Positions 8,927 through 17,001 of a stretch of DNA of 20,021 nt are shown here, piece by piece (position 1 is the stretch's first letter; every line of letters begins with the position of its first letter). A program made the position numbers and the translations under genes. This stretch comes from a candidate division WOR-3 bacterium. GTDB lineage: Bacteria; Hydrothermota; Tepidihabitantia; SM23-42; JAOAFX01. The notes under the pieces were generated by a model that did not search any database, was not told where the DNA came from, and saw only the letters and a program-made list of their open reading frames with translations. The DNA is taken from NCBI GenBank assembly GCA_039802265.1, contig JBDRWI010000045.1, positions 1 to 20,021 on the forward strand. Reading direction: 5' to 3'.

Positions 8927-9058
8927 ACAAGATATTCAGGGGGATACCCCCTGAAAACCCCCGCTATATAGCAAACCGTCTCTTTGTGCGGAGACCATTT
9001 TCATATCATCCTCCCCTGAATATCTTGTTTTTTTTTAACTATAATGAAAAATTTCATT
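8927..9058. repeat. Structured dispersed element, copy A
   Basis: Perfect 16-bp inverted repeat ACAAGATATTCAGGGG(8927-8942)/CCCCTGAATATCTTGT(9013-9028); inner TTCAGGGGG-ATA-CCCCCTGAA hairpin; CTATAATGAAAAATTTCATT at 9039-9058 is identical to 18449-18468. Confidence 0.8.
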
Positions 9059-9059
9059 T

Positions 9060-9185
9060 ACAAGAACATCATCAGGGGTTTCACCCCTGAAACCCCAACC
9101 CTCACCCCTTCCCTCTCCCTTAAAAAGGGAGAGGATGAAGGTGAGGGTCCCTTGAAATTTTCCAAATTCCTAATACAATCAAATA
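9060..9185. repeat. Partial third unit of the element carrying a REP-like hairpin
   Basis: ACAAGAACATCATCAGGGG-TTTCA-CCCCTGAAACCCC (9060-9096), then hairpin ACCCTCACC..CCTCTCCCTT-AAA-AAGGGAGAGG..GGTGAGGGT (9098-9148); 9154-9185 resembles 18481-18510. Confidence 0.75.
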
Positions 9186-9234
9186 TTTATAAAATCGGGG
9201 AAGGTCAAACCATTTACGGGGATAGCCGGGGATT

Positions 9235-9891
9235 TTAATAATCTGCTTTTTTTTCTTTGGTCAGGATTTTCACAAAAATACGCACGATTACCGGGTCAAA
9301 TTGGGTTCCGGCGTTGGCCTTTAATTCCCTTATTGCCTCCTCCTTTGTCAGGGCATCACGATAGGGGCGCTTTGATGTCATGGCATCATAGGCATCAGCA
9401 ACGGCAATGATTCTTGCAATCAATGGTATCTCAGACTTTTTAAGCCCCTCCGGATAACCAGAACCATTGAAATGCTCATGATGGCTTTTGATTCCATCGA
9501 TCGCTTCCACCAATTCATTGAATCCGGCAAGCATATAGTATCCACGCATTACATGCATATCAACCTCTTCCTTCTCCTGGGCTGTCAATTTTTTGGGTTT
9601 AAGGAGGATATCCTCATTTATACCGATCTTGCCAAAGTCATGCAGGAGCGCTGCAACCTCAAGGACAACCTTCTCTTCTTCGCTGAATCCCAATTCATTC
9701 GCAATCGCCAGGGCATATTCGGTTACCCTGATGATATGTCCATCCCGGTAGGGAATGACCTTGTCAATCCGTTCACCGATCTTTCTTAAATCCTTCAGTG
9801 CCTGCCTTGGATTTTCTTTCAATGTGAGTGCGACAATACCCAGACATCTGATTACCTCATTGAGGTCGATCTTATCTCTGTTATTTTTCAC
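9235..9891 (-). CDS. Stand-alone HD-GYP domain protein (probable cyclic dinucleotide phosphodiesterase)
   Basis: H..RV, LLHDFGKIGI, HHEHFNGSGYPEGL, RIIAVADAYDAMTSKRPYR, AGTQFDP. Confidence 0.93.
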   Translation of the reverse strand: MKNNRDKIDLNEVIRCLGIVALTLKENPRQALKDLRKIGERIDKVIPYRDGHIIRVTEYALAIANELGFSEEEKVVLEVAALLHDFGKIGINEDILLKPKKLTAQEKEEVDMHVMRGYYMLAGFNELVEAIDGIKSHHEHFNGSGYPEGLKKSEIPLIARIIAVADAYDAMTSKRPYRDALTKEEAIRELKANAGTQFDPVIVRIFVKILTKEKKADY

Positions 9892-9896
9892 ACTTA

Positions 9897-9924
9897 AGTA
9901 TAGTCAATATCTTTAAAAAGTCAA
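9897..9924 (-). promoter_or_regulatory. Sigma70-type promoter for the HD-GYP gene
   Basis: TTGACT(9924-9919)-N16-TATACT(9902-9897); 5 nt before GTG 9891. Confidence 0.65.
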
Positions 9925-9961
9925 TAAGGTATCTAAAAAGGGGTGCAGGTTTTATTTTTAA

Positions 9962-9989
9962 TTGACTTTGATAAGTTTCTGAATAAAAT
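9962..9989 (+). promoter_or_regulatory. Sigma70-type promoter for the LpxH-like gene
   Basis: TTGACT(9962-9967)-N16-TAAAAT(9984-9989). Confidence 0.6.
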
Positions 9990-10000
9990 ACTTCTTTACT

Positions 10001-10726
10001 ATGCATATCTTCTTCAGTGATGCCCATATCCGTAATAGCGAAAGTGAAAGGGCAAGGATTCTGATTAGATTTCTGAATGAGTACGGGCCAACACTTGATA
10101 GTCTTTTCATCCTTGGTGACCTCTTTGAATTCTGGTTTGAGTATAAGGTGGTTTTCCCCAAGCATTACTTCAAGGTCCTGGCGATATTATATTCCCTTAT
10201 TCAACAAGGCAAGAAAATTTATTACATTTTAGGAAATCACGAGGTTCTTGCCGGAGATTTTTTAAAGAATTTCGGATTTATTGTCTATGAACGGGAGGCG
10301 GTTTTGAGTCTGGGTGGCAAAAGAATCCTGCTTGCTCACGGACACAGGGTCGATAAACGACTATGGACACTCGTCTGGGAGGCAATTCTTAAGTCAAAGT
10401 TGAATCATAATCTATACCAGATGGTTCATCCGGATCTGGGTATATATATTGCCCAGGCAATCGCCTTTTTCTCAAGAAAACAGAGGCGGAGTCCTACGCT
10501 TGTTAAAAACCTTGAGCGATATGCCGTAACCCAATTTGGCAATTTTGACATCGTCATCCTTGCCCATTCCCACATCCCCACTCTGAAGGTCTTCAATAAT
10601 AACAAATACTACATAAATACCGGTGACTGGGTAGATAACTTCTCTTATTTGGTGATAGATGAAAAAATGATTTCACTCAATTACTATAACCAGCGGAATA
10701 AAAATCTGGTATTGACTTTGGATTGA
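10001..10726 (+). CDS. UDP-2,3-diacylglucosamine diphosphatase-like metallophosphoesterase (LpxH family)
   Basis: Calcineurin-like motifs FSDAH, LGDLFEFWFEY, GNHE, AHGH, AHSH, YINTGDW. Confidence 0.82.
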   Translation: MHIFFSDAHIRNSESERARILIRFLNEYGPTLDSLFILGDLFEFWFEYKVVFPKHYFKVLAILYSLIQQGKKIYYILGNHEVLAGDFLKNFGFIVYEREAVLSLGGKRILLAHGHRVDKRLWTLVWEAILKSKLNHNLYQMVHPDLGIYIAQAIAFFSRKQRRSPTLVKNLERYAVTQFGNFDIVILAHSHIPTLKVFNNNKYYINTGDWVDNFSYLVIDEKMISLNYYNQRNKNLVLTLD

Positions 10727-10739
10727 TTCTGGATAAAAT
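10712..10739 (+). promoter_or_regulatory. Internal sigma70-type promoter for the TPR gene
   Basis: TTGACT(10712-10717)-N16-TAAAAT(10734-10739), followed by GGGAGG RBS before ATG 10761. Confidence 0.6.
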
Positions 10740-10760
10740 AGACATCAGGGAGGTAAACCT

Positions 10761-11972
10761 ATGAAAAAGCACTGGCTTTGTTTGGTTCTAACTTTATTTT
10801 TTATTGGTTGTCCATCAACCTGGGAGAATTCCTGCAAGATCTATCTTCAGCAGGGAGATTATGCACGGGCAAAGGAACAGGCACTGATTGGAAAGGAGCA
10901 GCAGCCGGATAATTATATGGTATATACACTCTTAGGTAAATCGGAGATTGGACTTAATAACTATATTGCTGCTGGTGAGGCGTTTCAGAAGGCATTTGAA
11001 CTTGATTCCGTAGCAACCCTCAAGTGGCTCAAGAGTGATAAGGACAATATCTCCGTCTATTGGCAGGCTTTCTACAATGCGGCATTAAGTTTGACCTTTG
11101 ATAAAAAATATGCGGAGGCACTGCGCTATCTGCGATTTTGTGTCCTCCTTGATTCAACGAATGTAAGCCAGTATATACTTGAGGGAAATGCCTATGCAGA
11201 AATGGGAGATAAAGATGCGAGTGTGCGTGCATATAAGAGGGCATTGATTCAGGACCCGGAGGGTGCTGAGGCCTACTATTCCATTGGGAATGTCTATTTT
11301 GACAGGCAGAACTATGATTCGGCACTATACTACTATGGAAATGCAATAAAATATTTTGAGAAGGATTATAATAAACTGAAAACGGTAATATTTAAGAATG
11401 TTGAATATGACCAGCAGATTGCCCAGGAGTTGGTAAGACTCTGGAAGGGCAGAAAGAAAGAAGAACTTGACCGATTTGTAAAGGTTAAACTGGGAATTGG
11501 AGAAGGCGCTGAGGCACAGAGTAGAAATATCGAAAAATTTGGTAAGAGTTCCGAAGGACTGGGACAGAGTTATTACCTCTCAGGAATGGCCTATCACTAC
11601 CTGAAAAATGATAGTCTGGCGATAAAGAATCTAATCCTTGCAACTGAATATATTCCAGATAATCATAACGCCCTTTCCTTCACCGGCGAACTTTTAATAA
11701 GAATGGGTAGGTGGTCTGAGGCAAGAAGATATTTTGAAAGGTCGGCTGAGGTAAAACCCGACCAGTTTGCCACCTGGTTCTATCTCGGTGTCTGTTATGC
11801 CCAGGAAAAGAACTTCAAAAAGGCAATTGAAGTATATGAGGAAAAGGCATTGCCCTTAGAACCGGAAAATGCTGACCTTCTAACCAATCTTGCCTATGCC
11901 TATCGCGAGATTGGAAATACAAAGAAGGCACTGGAATATCTCCAGAAAATTGAGAAGTTGAAAAAGGAGTAG
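10761..11972 (+). CDS. TPR-repeat lipoprotein
   Basis: MKK + hydrophobic stretch + FIGC lipobox-like motif; several TPR units (AEAYYSIGNVY, WFYLGVCY, LTNLAYAY); GGAGG RBS. Confidence 0.88.
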   Translation: MKKHWLCLVLTLFFIGCPSTWENSCKIYLQQGDYARAKEQALIGKEQQPDNYMVYTLLGKSEIGLNNYIAAGEAFQKAFELDSVATLKWLKSDKDNISVYWQAFYNAALSLTFDKKYAEALRYLRFCVLLDSTNVSQYILEGNAYAEMGDKDASVRAYKRALIQDPEGAEAYYSIGNVYFDRQNYDSALYYYGNAIKYFEKDYNKLKTVIFKNVEYDQQIAQELVRLWKGRKKEELDRFVKVKLGIGEGAEAQSRNIEKFGKSSEGLGQSYYLSGMAYHYLKNDSLAIKNLILATEYIPDNHNALSFTGELLIRMGRWSEARRYFERSAEVKPDQFATWFYLGVCYAQEKNFKKAIEVYEEKALPLEPENADLLTNLAYAYREIGNTKKALEYLQKIEKLKKE

Positions 11973-11974
11973 TT

Positions 11975-12961
11975 ATGAGTGTTCGTGCAACTGAGAGAAT
12001 TCTTAATGTTTTGATATTCATTGGATTTGTCGTTCTTTTGTTCGTTGTCGGTTATCCCCAGTATAAAGAGGCACAACCTGTGCACATCCGCTTTGGCGTG
12101 GATAAATTCTACGGCGCGCTACCCTTCTATGTTGCGAAACTGGATACAACAAGGAGATATTTTGAGATTGAAAGGATCGTCCCCGAATTTATTGATGTCG
12201 GCGAGAATCCGCTTGAGGAGTTAAAATCCGGCAAATTTGATATTGTTGCTGTACCCTGGTATTATCTCCTGTTATATCCAGGTTCAGATGGTGATACTGT
12301 AAAGGCAATTTGCTCAATTGAACTTAAGGCAATAAGTGATGCCATTATTATTCCGAGGAATACAAAGATAAAGTTTTTAAAGGATTTGAACAACAAGCGG
12401 ATAGGGTTATTAAAAAAAGATGAGTATCTCTTTGATTTAATTCTGCCGGAACTGGGATTTGAAAAACTCACCAAGGTCAACAAGGTAATTCTTCAGCCTG
12501 AAGAACTCAGTACGGCCTTTACAGAGAAGAAGGTTGATGCCCTTTATCTCCTTGAGCCCCACCGGAGTTTTTTCCTCCATCAGGGTGATACGGTGCTCGC
12601 CGAGGGATTCATTTATAAATATATTATGACCCCCACTCCCTATCTGGCAATTGTGATGCGCAAGAGTTTTGTAAAGGAAAACCGGACCGCCGCATTCAGA
12701 CTAAAGAATGCAATTGATGGAGTCTTGGGATTTTTAAGGGTCCATCCGGAGGTCGGAAAATCAGTTTTGATAAGAATAAATGACTGGCCCCAGGACGAGG
12801 TGCTGGTTTCAAATATCCGTATGCCTGAATATAATCGTCTGACCGAGGTTGATTTTAAGAATGTAGAGAATTATCAATCCTTTTTGGTACGCCGGGGAAT
12901 TGGTACCTGCGGAATGAAACCACAGGAATTTTTCTTTGAGAAGACCGATTTCAAGCACTAA
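11975..12961 (+). CDS. ABC-type substrate-binding protein (SsuA/NMT1/THI5-like)
   Basis: N-terminal membrane anchor; LPFYVA, L.SGKFDI, IK.LKDL.NKRIG, VDALYLLEP patterns; AGGAG RBS. Confidence 0.75.
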   Translation: MSVRATERILNVLIFIGFVVLLFVVGYPQYKEAQPVHIRFGVDKFYGALPFYVAKLDTTRRYFEIERIVPEFIDVGENPLEELKSGKFDIVAVPWYYLLLYPGSDGDTVKAICSIELKAISDAIIIPRNTKIKFLKDLNNKRIGLLKKDEYLFDLILPELGFEKLTKVNKVILQPEELSTAFTEKKVDALYLLEPHRSFFLHQGDTVLAEGFIYKYIMTPTPYLAIVMRKSFVKENRTAAFRLKNAIDGVLGFLRVHPEVGKSVLIRINDWPQDEVLVSNIRMPEYNRLTEVDFKNVENYQSFLVRRGIGTCGMKPQEFFFEKTDFKH

Positions 12962-12962
12962 T

Positions 12963-13257
12963 TCCGGTCGTGCTAAACGGGGAGCCAGCGGTGCCCTGAA
13001 TCCACCCGAACAATGGTGGATGACCCGAAATCCGCTAATGCGGGGTTGAATGCCCTTTTGAGCCTTCTTATTCAGGGGCAACAGGAAGATAATAAGAACG
13101 ATGACGTTCGGGTCTTATGAAAGTGCGGTCTACGAACCCCGTCAGGTCCGGAAGGAAGCAGCGGTAAGTAGATTCAAACTTGTTATAAGGGTGCCTGGGC
13201 TGAGTTCTTTTTTCTTTCTGTTCCTGAATAAGATCGCGAAGAGGGTGCACGACCGGA
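12963..13257 (+). ncRNA. ffs: Large (Alu-domain) bacterial signal recognition particle RNA
   Basis: Helix 8 signature GTCAGGTCCGGAAGGAAGCAGC (13141-13162); terminal stem TCCGGTCGTGC(12963-12973)/GCACGACCGGA(13247-13257); complementary Alu loops AGCGG(12987-12991)/CCGCT(13032-13036); upstream of dnaX as in Bacillus. Confidence 0.95.
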
Positions 13258-13275
13258 TTATTAAGAAAAGATAGT

Positions 13276-14682
13276 ATGGGGCATCGTGTCATATCTTTAA
13301 AGTATCGCCCGCAGGACTTTGATGAATTAACCGGACAGGAGCATATTATCTTCTCCTTGAAGGGTGCGATAAATAGCGGTGCAATAGGACATGCATTTCT
13401 CTTTGCCGGACCAAGAGGGGTTGGCAAGACCACAATGGCAAGGATATTTGCCAAGAGCCTCAATTGTCTAAAGGGGCCAACCATTCATCCCTGTCAAGAG
13501 TGTCAGTCATGTAAAGAGATTACCGCAACCAGAAGTGTGGATGTAATTGAAATTGACGGGGCATCAAACCGCGGGATTGATGAAATAAGAAATCTGAGAG
13601 AGGGTATAAAGTACTCCCCGCTTCATAGCCGCTATAAGGTATACATAATTGATGAAGTCCATATGCTTACTCCGGAGGCATTCAATGCCCTGCTGAAGAC
13701 CCTTGAAGAACCGCCGGCGAATGTTGTCTTTATCCTTGCCACAACAAATCCGGCTAAGGTTCCGGCGACGATTCTTTCACGGTGTCAGCGCTTTATATTC
13801 AAGAGGCTGTCCATCTCGGAGATTACAAAAAGACTTAAGGAAATTGCTGAAAAAGAAGGTATAAAAATTACGGAAAGGGCATTATATTATCTTGCCTTGC
13901 GGGCTGACGGTTCAATTCGTGATGGAGAGAGCATCCTTGAACAGTTATCTTCATTTGTTGAAGGTGAGATAACCGAAGAGGATGTCTTCAAGATGATCGG
14001 CCTTCTGGCAAATGACTTCTATCTTGACCTGCTAAAGAAGATCGCTCAGAATGACCTCAGGGGGATGATTGAAGAATTGAACCGGGCAGTTGAAAACGGG
14101 GCAGACCCCTTAGAAATATATCGTGGTCTGGTTGGGTTTTTAAGAAAAACAATGCTCATTCATATCGGACTCAAAAAGGATTTTATTGAATGTTCTGATG
14201 AAGAAATTGAGTTGTTGAGGTCAATAGGCATTGATTTGTCCAGCATTATCAATATGCTTGAGACCTCATTAAAATTTGAAGATACAGTAAAGCGGTCAAT
14301 CAACCCGCGGATTGCCCTGGAACTCCTGTTTACCCAATTGATTTCCAATCCACCCACAGAAATAAATAGCCAAGGTAGTAAGGAAGCAAACCCTTTATCA
14401 AGGGAAGGACTGGTTGCAAATATTTCCCAGAGGAGTCCAAGACTGGCAGCAATCGTGCACCAGGTCGAAGTCGTCCAGGAAAAGGATACCATTATCTTGA
14501 ATGTTAAGAACGAATTTCAGAAAAAGGAATTGCTCAAAAACCAGTCACTCCTTGAAGAGATAATTCATAAATCTGCAGGCAGAAAATACACGATAAATAT
14601 CCAACTTCTCGAATCGCCCGCAAAGGATAACGGAATCGTCAAGACCATCAAGAGAATGTTTGATGGAGAAGAAGTCCGGTGA
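13276..14682 (+). CDS. dnaX: DNA polymerase III subunit gamma/tau
   Basis: KYRPQDF, GPRGVGKTT, four-Cys zinc site, EIDGASNRG, IIDEVHML, NALLKTLEEPP, SRC. Confidence 0.98.
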   Translation: MGHRVISLKYRPQDFDELTGQEHIIFSLKGAINSGAIGHAFLFAGPRGVGKTTMARIFAKSLNCLKGPTIHPCQECQSCKEITATRSVDVIEIDGASNRGIDEIRNLREGIKYSPLHSRYKVYIIDEVHMLTPEAFNALLKTLEEPPANVVFILATTNPAKVPATILSRCQRFIFKRLSISEITKRLKEIAEKEGIKITERALYYLALRADGSIRDGESILEQLSSFVEGEITEEDVFKMIGLLANDFYLDLLKKIAQNDLRGMIEELNRAVENGADPLEIYRGLVGFLRKTMLIHIGLKKDFIECSDEEIELLRSIGIDLSSIINMLETSLKFEDTVKRSINPRIALELLFTQLISNPPTEINSQGSKEANPLSREGLVANISQRSPRLAAIVHQVEVVQEKDTIILNVKNEFQKKELLKNQSLLEEIIHKSAGRKYTINIQLLESPAKDNGIVKTIKRMFDGEEVR

Positions 14683-14963
14683 AGGATTTCTTTAAAGAGG
14701 CAATAAAATTACAGGAACGCCTGCGCCAGGAATTGCAAAAGATTAAAGTAGAAGGGAGTGCAGGCGGTGGTATGGTAAGGATTGAGATGGACGGTGAGCA
14801 GAATGTCTTATCCGTAAAGATTGAACCACAACTCCTTGAAGAGAGGGACATTGCTATGCTTGAGGATTTGATTGTAGCTGCATTCAATGATGCAAAGAAT
14901 AAAGTTCAGGAAAAGGCACAGGAGAGTTTAAGGTCAATTACCGGTCTGCCTTTAAGGTTTTGA
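14679..14963 (+). CDS. ybaB: YbaB/EbfC nucleoid-associated protein
   Basis: GSAGGGMV, D..MLEDLIVAAFNDA; GTGA overlap with dnaX. Confidence 0.93.
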   Translation: MKDFFKEAIKLQERLRQELQKIKVEGSAGGGMVRIEMDGEQNVLSVKIEPQLLEERDIAMLEDLIVAAFNDAKNKVQEKAQESLRSITGLPLRF

Positions 14964-14966
14964 AGA

Positions 14967-16598
14967 CTAAACCCTTATTCCCCGGTCAATAAATAAATGG
15001 CGTTTTATCTTCTGCGTTGTGGTCTTGGGAAATTCTTCTTCGCGGATTTCAAATCTCGTTATCCTTTTATAAATTGGAAGTTCCGCATTGACCTTCTCTA
15101 TCTCTGACCTGAGCAGCAAACGGATATCTTCCTCGGAAAATTTGATGCTTTTTGCAATGCTATATTCCTCAAGCTTTTCATAATCGGGATAAATAAGGGC
15201 ACAGACCTCCTCCTTTTTTGTCTTCGGGTCAATACGGGGAATGACAAGTACCTCCTTAATCCACACACTCTTTTGAAGTAATTCCTCCAGTTCCTCGGGA
15301 TAGATATTCTTACCGGTCTGGGTAACAATAATACTCTTTTTCCTGCCCGTGATATGTAAATAGCCCTCCCGGTCAAAATACCCCAGGTCACCGGTATATA
15401 GCCAGTTATCTTTTAATACCTCGTCAGTTGCCTTTTTATTATTGTAGTAACCAATCATTACATTTGGACCCCGGACAACAATCTCGCCGATTCCATCCTT
15501 ATCGGGCTCGGCAATTCTTACCTCAACATCAGGAATTGGTATTCCGACCGAGGCATTTTTAGGTCTTTCTGGTGGATTGACCGAGATTACCGGCGCTGCC
15601 TCGGTCAGGCCATAACCTTGCAGAATTGGAATTCCCATCAGTTCAAGCCCTCTGGCGACCTTTTCAGGTAATGCTGCCCCACCAGAGACCGCGAGTCTCA
15701 AATTTCCCAACCCCATTTCTCTTCTTATGCGGGCAAATAATGGCTTTCGTAAAAATTTAAAAATTGAACCAATCCCGCTTAGCGTGCCAAAGGTAATTTT
15801 TGTTGGTAGTGATGCACTGGCAACCTTTCTCTGAACTCCTGCAAGGAATTTTTCAAAGAGTAAGGGAACGGCAATAAGGCAACTAACATTTGCCTCTTTC
15901 ATTGTGCTAATCAGTTCATTTGGTCTCAAACTCGGTGGATAGTAAATCGTTACTCCCTGGGAAAGTGGATAAAGGAATCCACAGGTTGCTTCAAATGTGT
16001 GGTGCATTGGAATGATTGAGACCATTGTATCACCAGGGTAAACCGGGATAACCCGGGATATAGATTTTATATTGCTGATAATATTTCTATGGCTGAGCAT
16101 TACCGCCTTTGATGTCCCGGTTGTGCCCGATGTAAATATTAAAACGGCAAGTGATTCTGGGTTGCATCTGTTTTTTATCTCAATCCCGGGAGGCAGATTA
16201 TTTAAATCATTCATCTTTATGATATACTTAAAATGCTTCAATTCGCCCTTTATTGACTCAATTTTATACAGATGGCTCTCTGAACATACCACACCACCGG
16301 CATTACTCTCTCTGAGGATGTGAAGCAATTCACCTTCGGTTAAGAGTGGGTCAAGCGGGACGCAGACACAGCCTGCCTTTAATATACCCAAATAGCCAAT
16401 CCCCCATTCAGGGCGGTTTTCACCGAGCACGGCAAAAGCCTCTCCTTCTTTAAGTCCAAGATTTTTAAGATAATTTGCCAGGCTATTTACCGATTCTTTT
16501 AACTCGCGGTATGTATATGTTGTATCACCTTTTTTGAATGCCATTTTATCAGGATGTTTTTTTACTGACTCTTCAAAGATTTCATCCAGCGTTTCCAC
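14967..16598 (-). CDS. Long-chain fatty acid--CoA ligase (AMP-binding)
   Basis: LIFTSGTTGTSKAVMLSH, QGYGLTE, GPNVMIGYY, LYTGDLG, ITGRKK, KTTTQKIKR. GGAGG 5 nt before GTG 16598 is preferred to TTG 16610. Confidence 0.9.
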   Translation of the reverse strand: METLDEIFEESVKKHPDKMAFKKGDTTYTYRELKESVNSLANYLKNLGLKEGEAFAVLGENRPEWGIGYLGILKAGCVCVPLDPLLTEGELLHILRESNAGGVVCSESHLYKIESIKGELKHFKYIIKMNDLNNLPPGIEIKNRCNPESLAVLIFTSGTTGTSKAVMLSHRNIISNIKSISRVIPVYPGDTMVSIIPMHHTFEATCGFLYPLSQGVTIYYPPSLRPNELISTMKEANVSCLIAVPLLFEKFLAGVQRKVASASLPTKITFGTLSGIGSIFKFLRKPLFARIRREMGLGNLRLAVSGGAALPEKVARGLELMGIPILQGYGLTEAAPVISVNPPERPKNASVGIPIPDVEVRIAEPDKDGIGEIVVRGPNVMIGYYNNKKATDEVLKDNWLYTGDLGYFDREGYLHITGRKKSIIVTQTGKNIYPEELEELLQKSVWIKEVLVIPRIDPKTKKEEVCALIYPDYEKLEEYSIAKSIKFSEEDIRLLLRSEIEKVNAELPIYKRITRFEIREEEFPKTTTQKIKRHLFIDRGIRV

Positions 16599-16980
16599 TT
16601 TTTCCTCCAATCTGAGTGATATTATCCCGGCCCTTCTTTATGAGAATTGGGATGAGTTCAGCTACCGAGTACTTTTCGCGCAAAAGAAAGAATTCAATTA
16701 AAATTGGCAGATTGACACCACAGATGATGTTCAGTTCTCTATTCTCTTTCATCAGATTCATACAGGAAATCGCACAACTTCCACCCGGCAGGTCAACGAA
16801 GATTATAACCTCTTTTGAATTTTTCGGTAATTTTTCTTTTATCATTTGGGTTAAAGATTCACAGGATAGATTTGTATTACTTATTACTTCCACCATCTCC
16901 TGCCGGCCCAGTATTCTTTCGGCAGTATCAAGTAATGTCCGGGCAAAATCACCGTGTCCAATGATTATCCCTTTAATCAT
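16582..16980 (-). CDS. PTS EIIA component, mannose/fructose type
   Basis: IIIGHG phospho-His motif, FVDLPGGS, GVNLP; follows hprK. Confidence 0.9.
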   Translation of the reverse strand: MIKGIIIGHGDFARTLLDTAERILGRQEMVEVISNTNLSCESLTQMIKEKLPKNSKEVIIFVDLPGGSCAISCMNLMKENRELNIICGVNLPILIEFFLLREKYSVAELIPILIKKGRDNITQIGGKSGNAG

Positions 16981-17001
16981 GAGCAAAATCCTTGTGCCGT
17001 C

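Noticed and set aside
8927..9185. CRISPR array or integron attC interpretation of the repeats
   Set aside because: No regularly spaced identical direct repeats, no cas or intI gene, and no RYYYAAC...GTTRRRY attC ends.
9044..9238. 64-aa plus-strand ORF
   Set aside because: It is a translation of the palindromic repeats (TPETPTLTPSLSLKKGEDEGEG), with no RBS or recognisable domain.
12809..13484. Minus-strand ORFs 12809-13081 and 13068-13484
   Set aside because: Antisense to the binding-protein gene, SRP RNA and dnaX.
13276..14682. dnaX programmed -1 frameshift
   Set aside because: I found no in-frame A AAA AAG heptamer with a downstream hairpin; the nearest are C AAA AAG and G AAA AAG.
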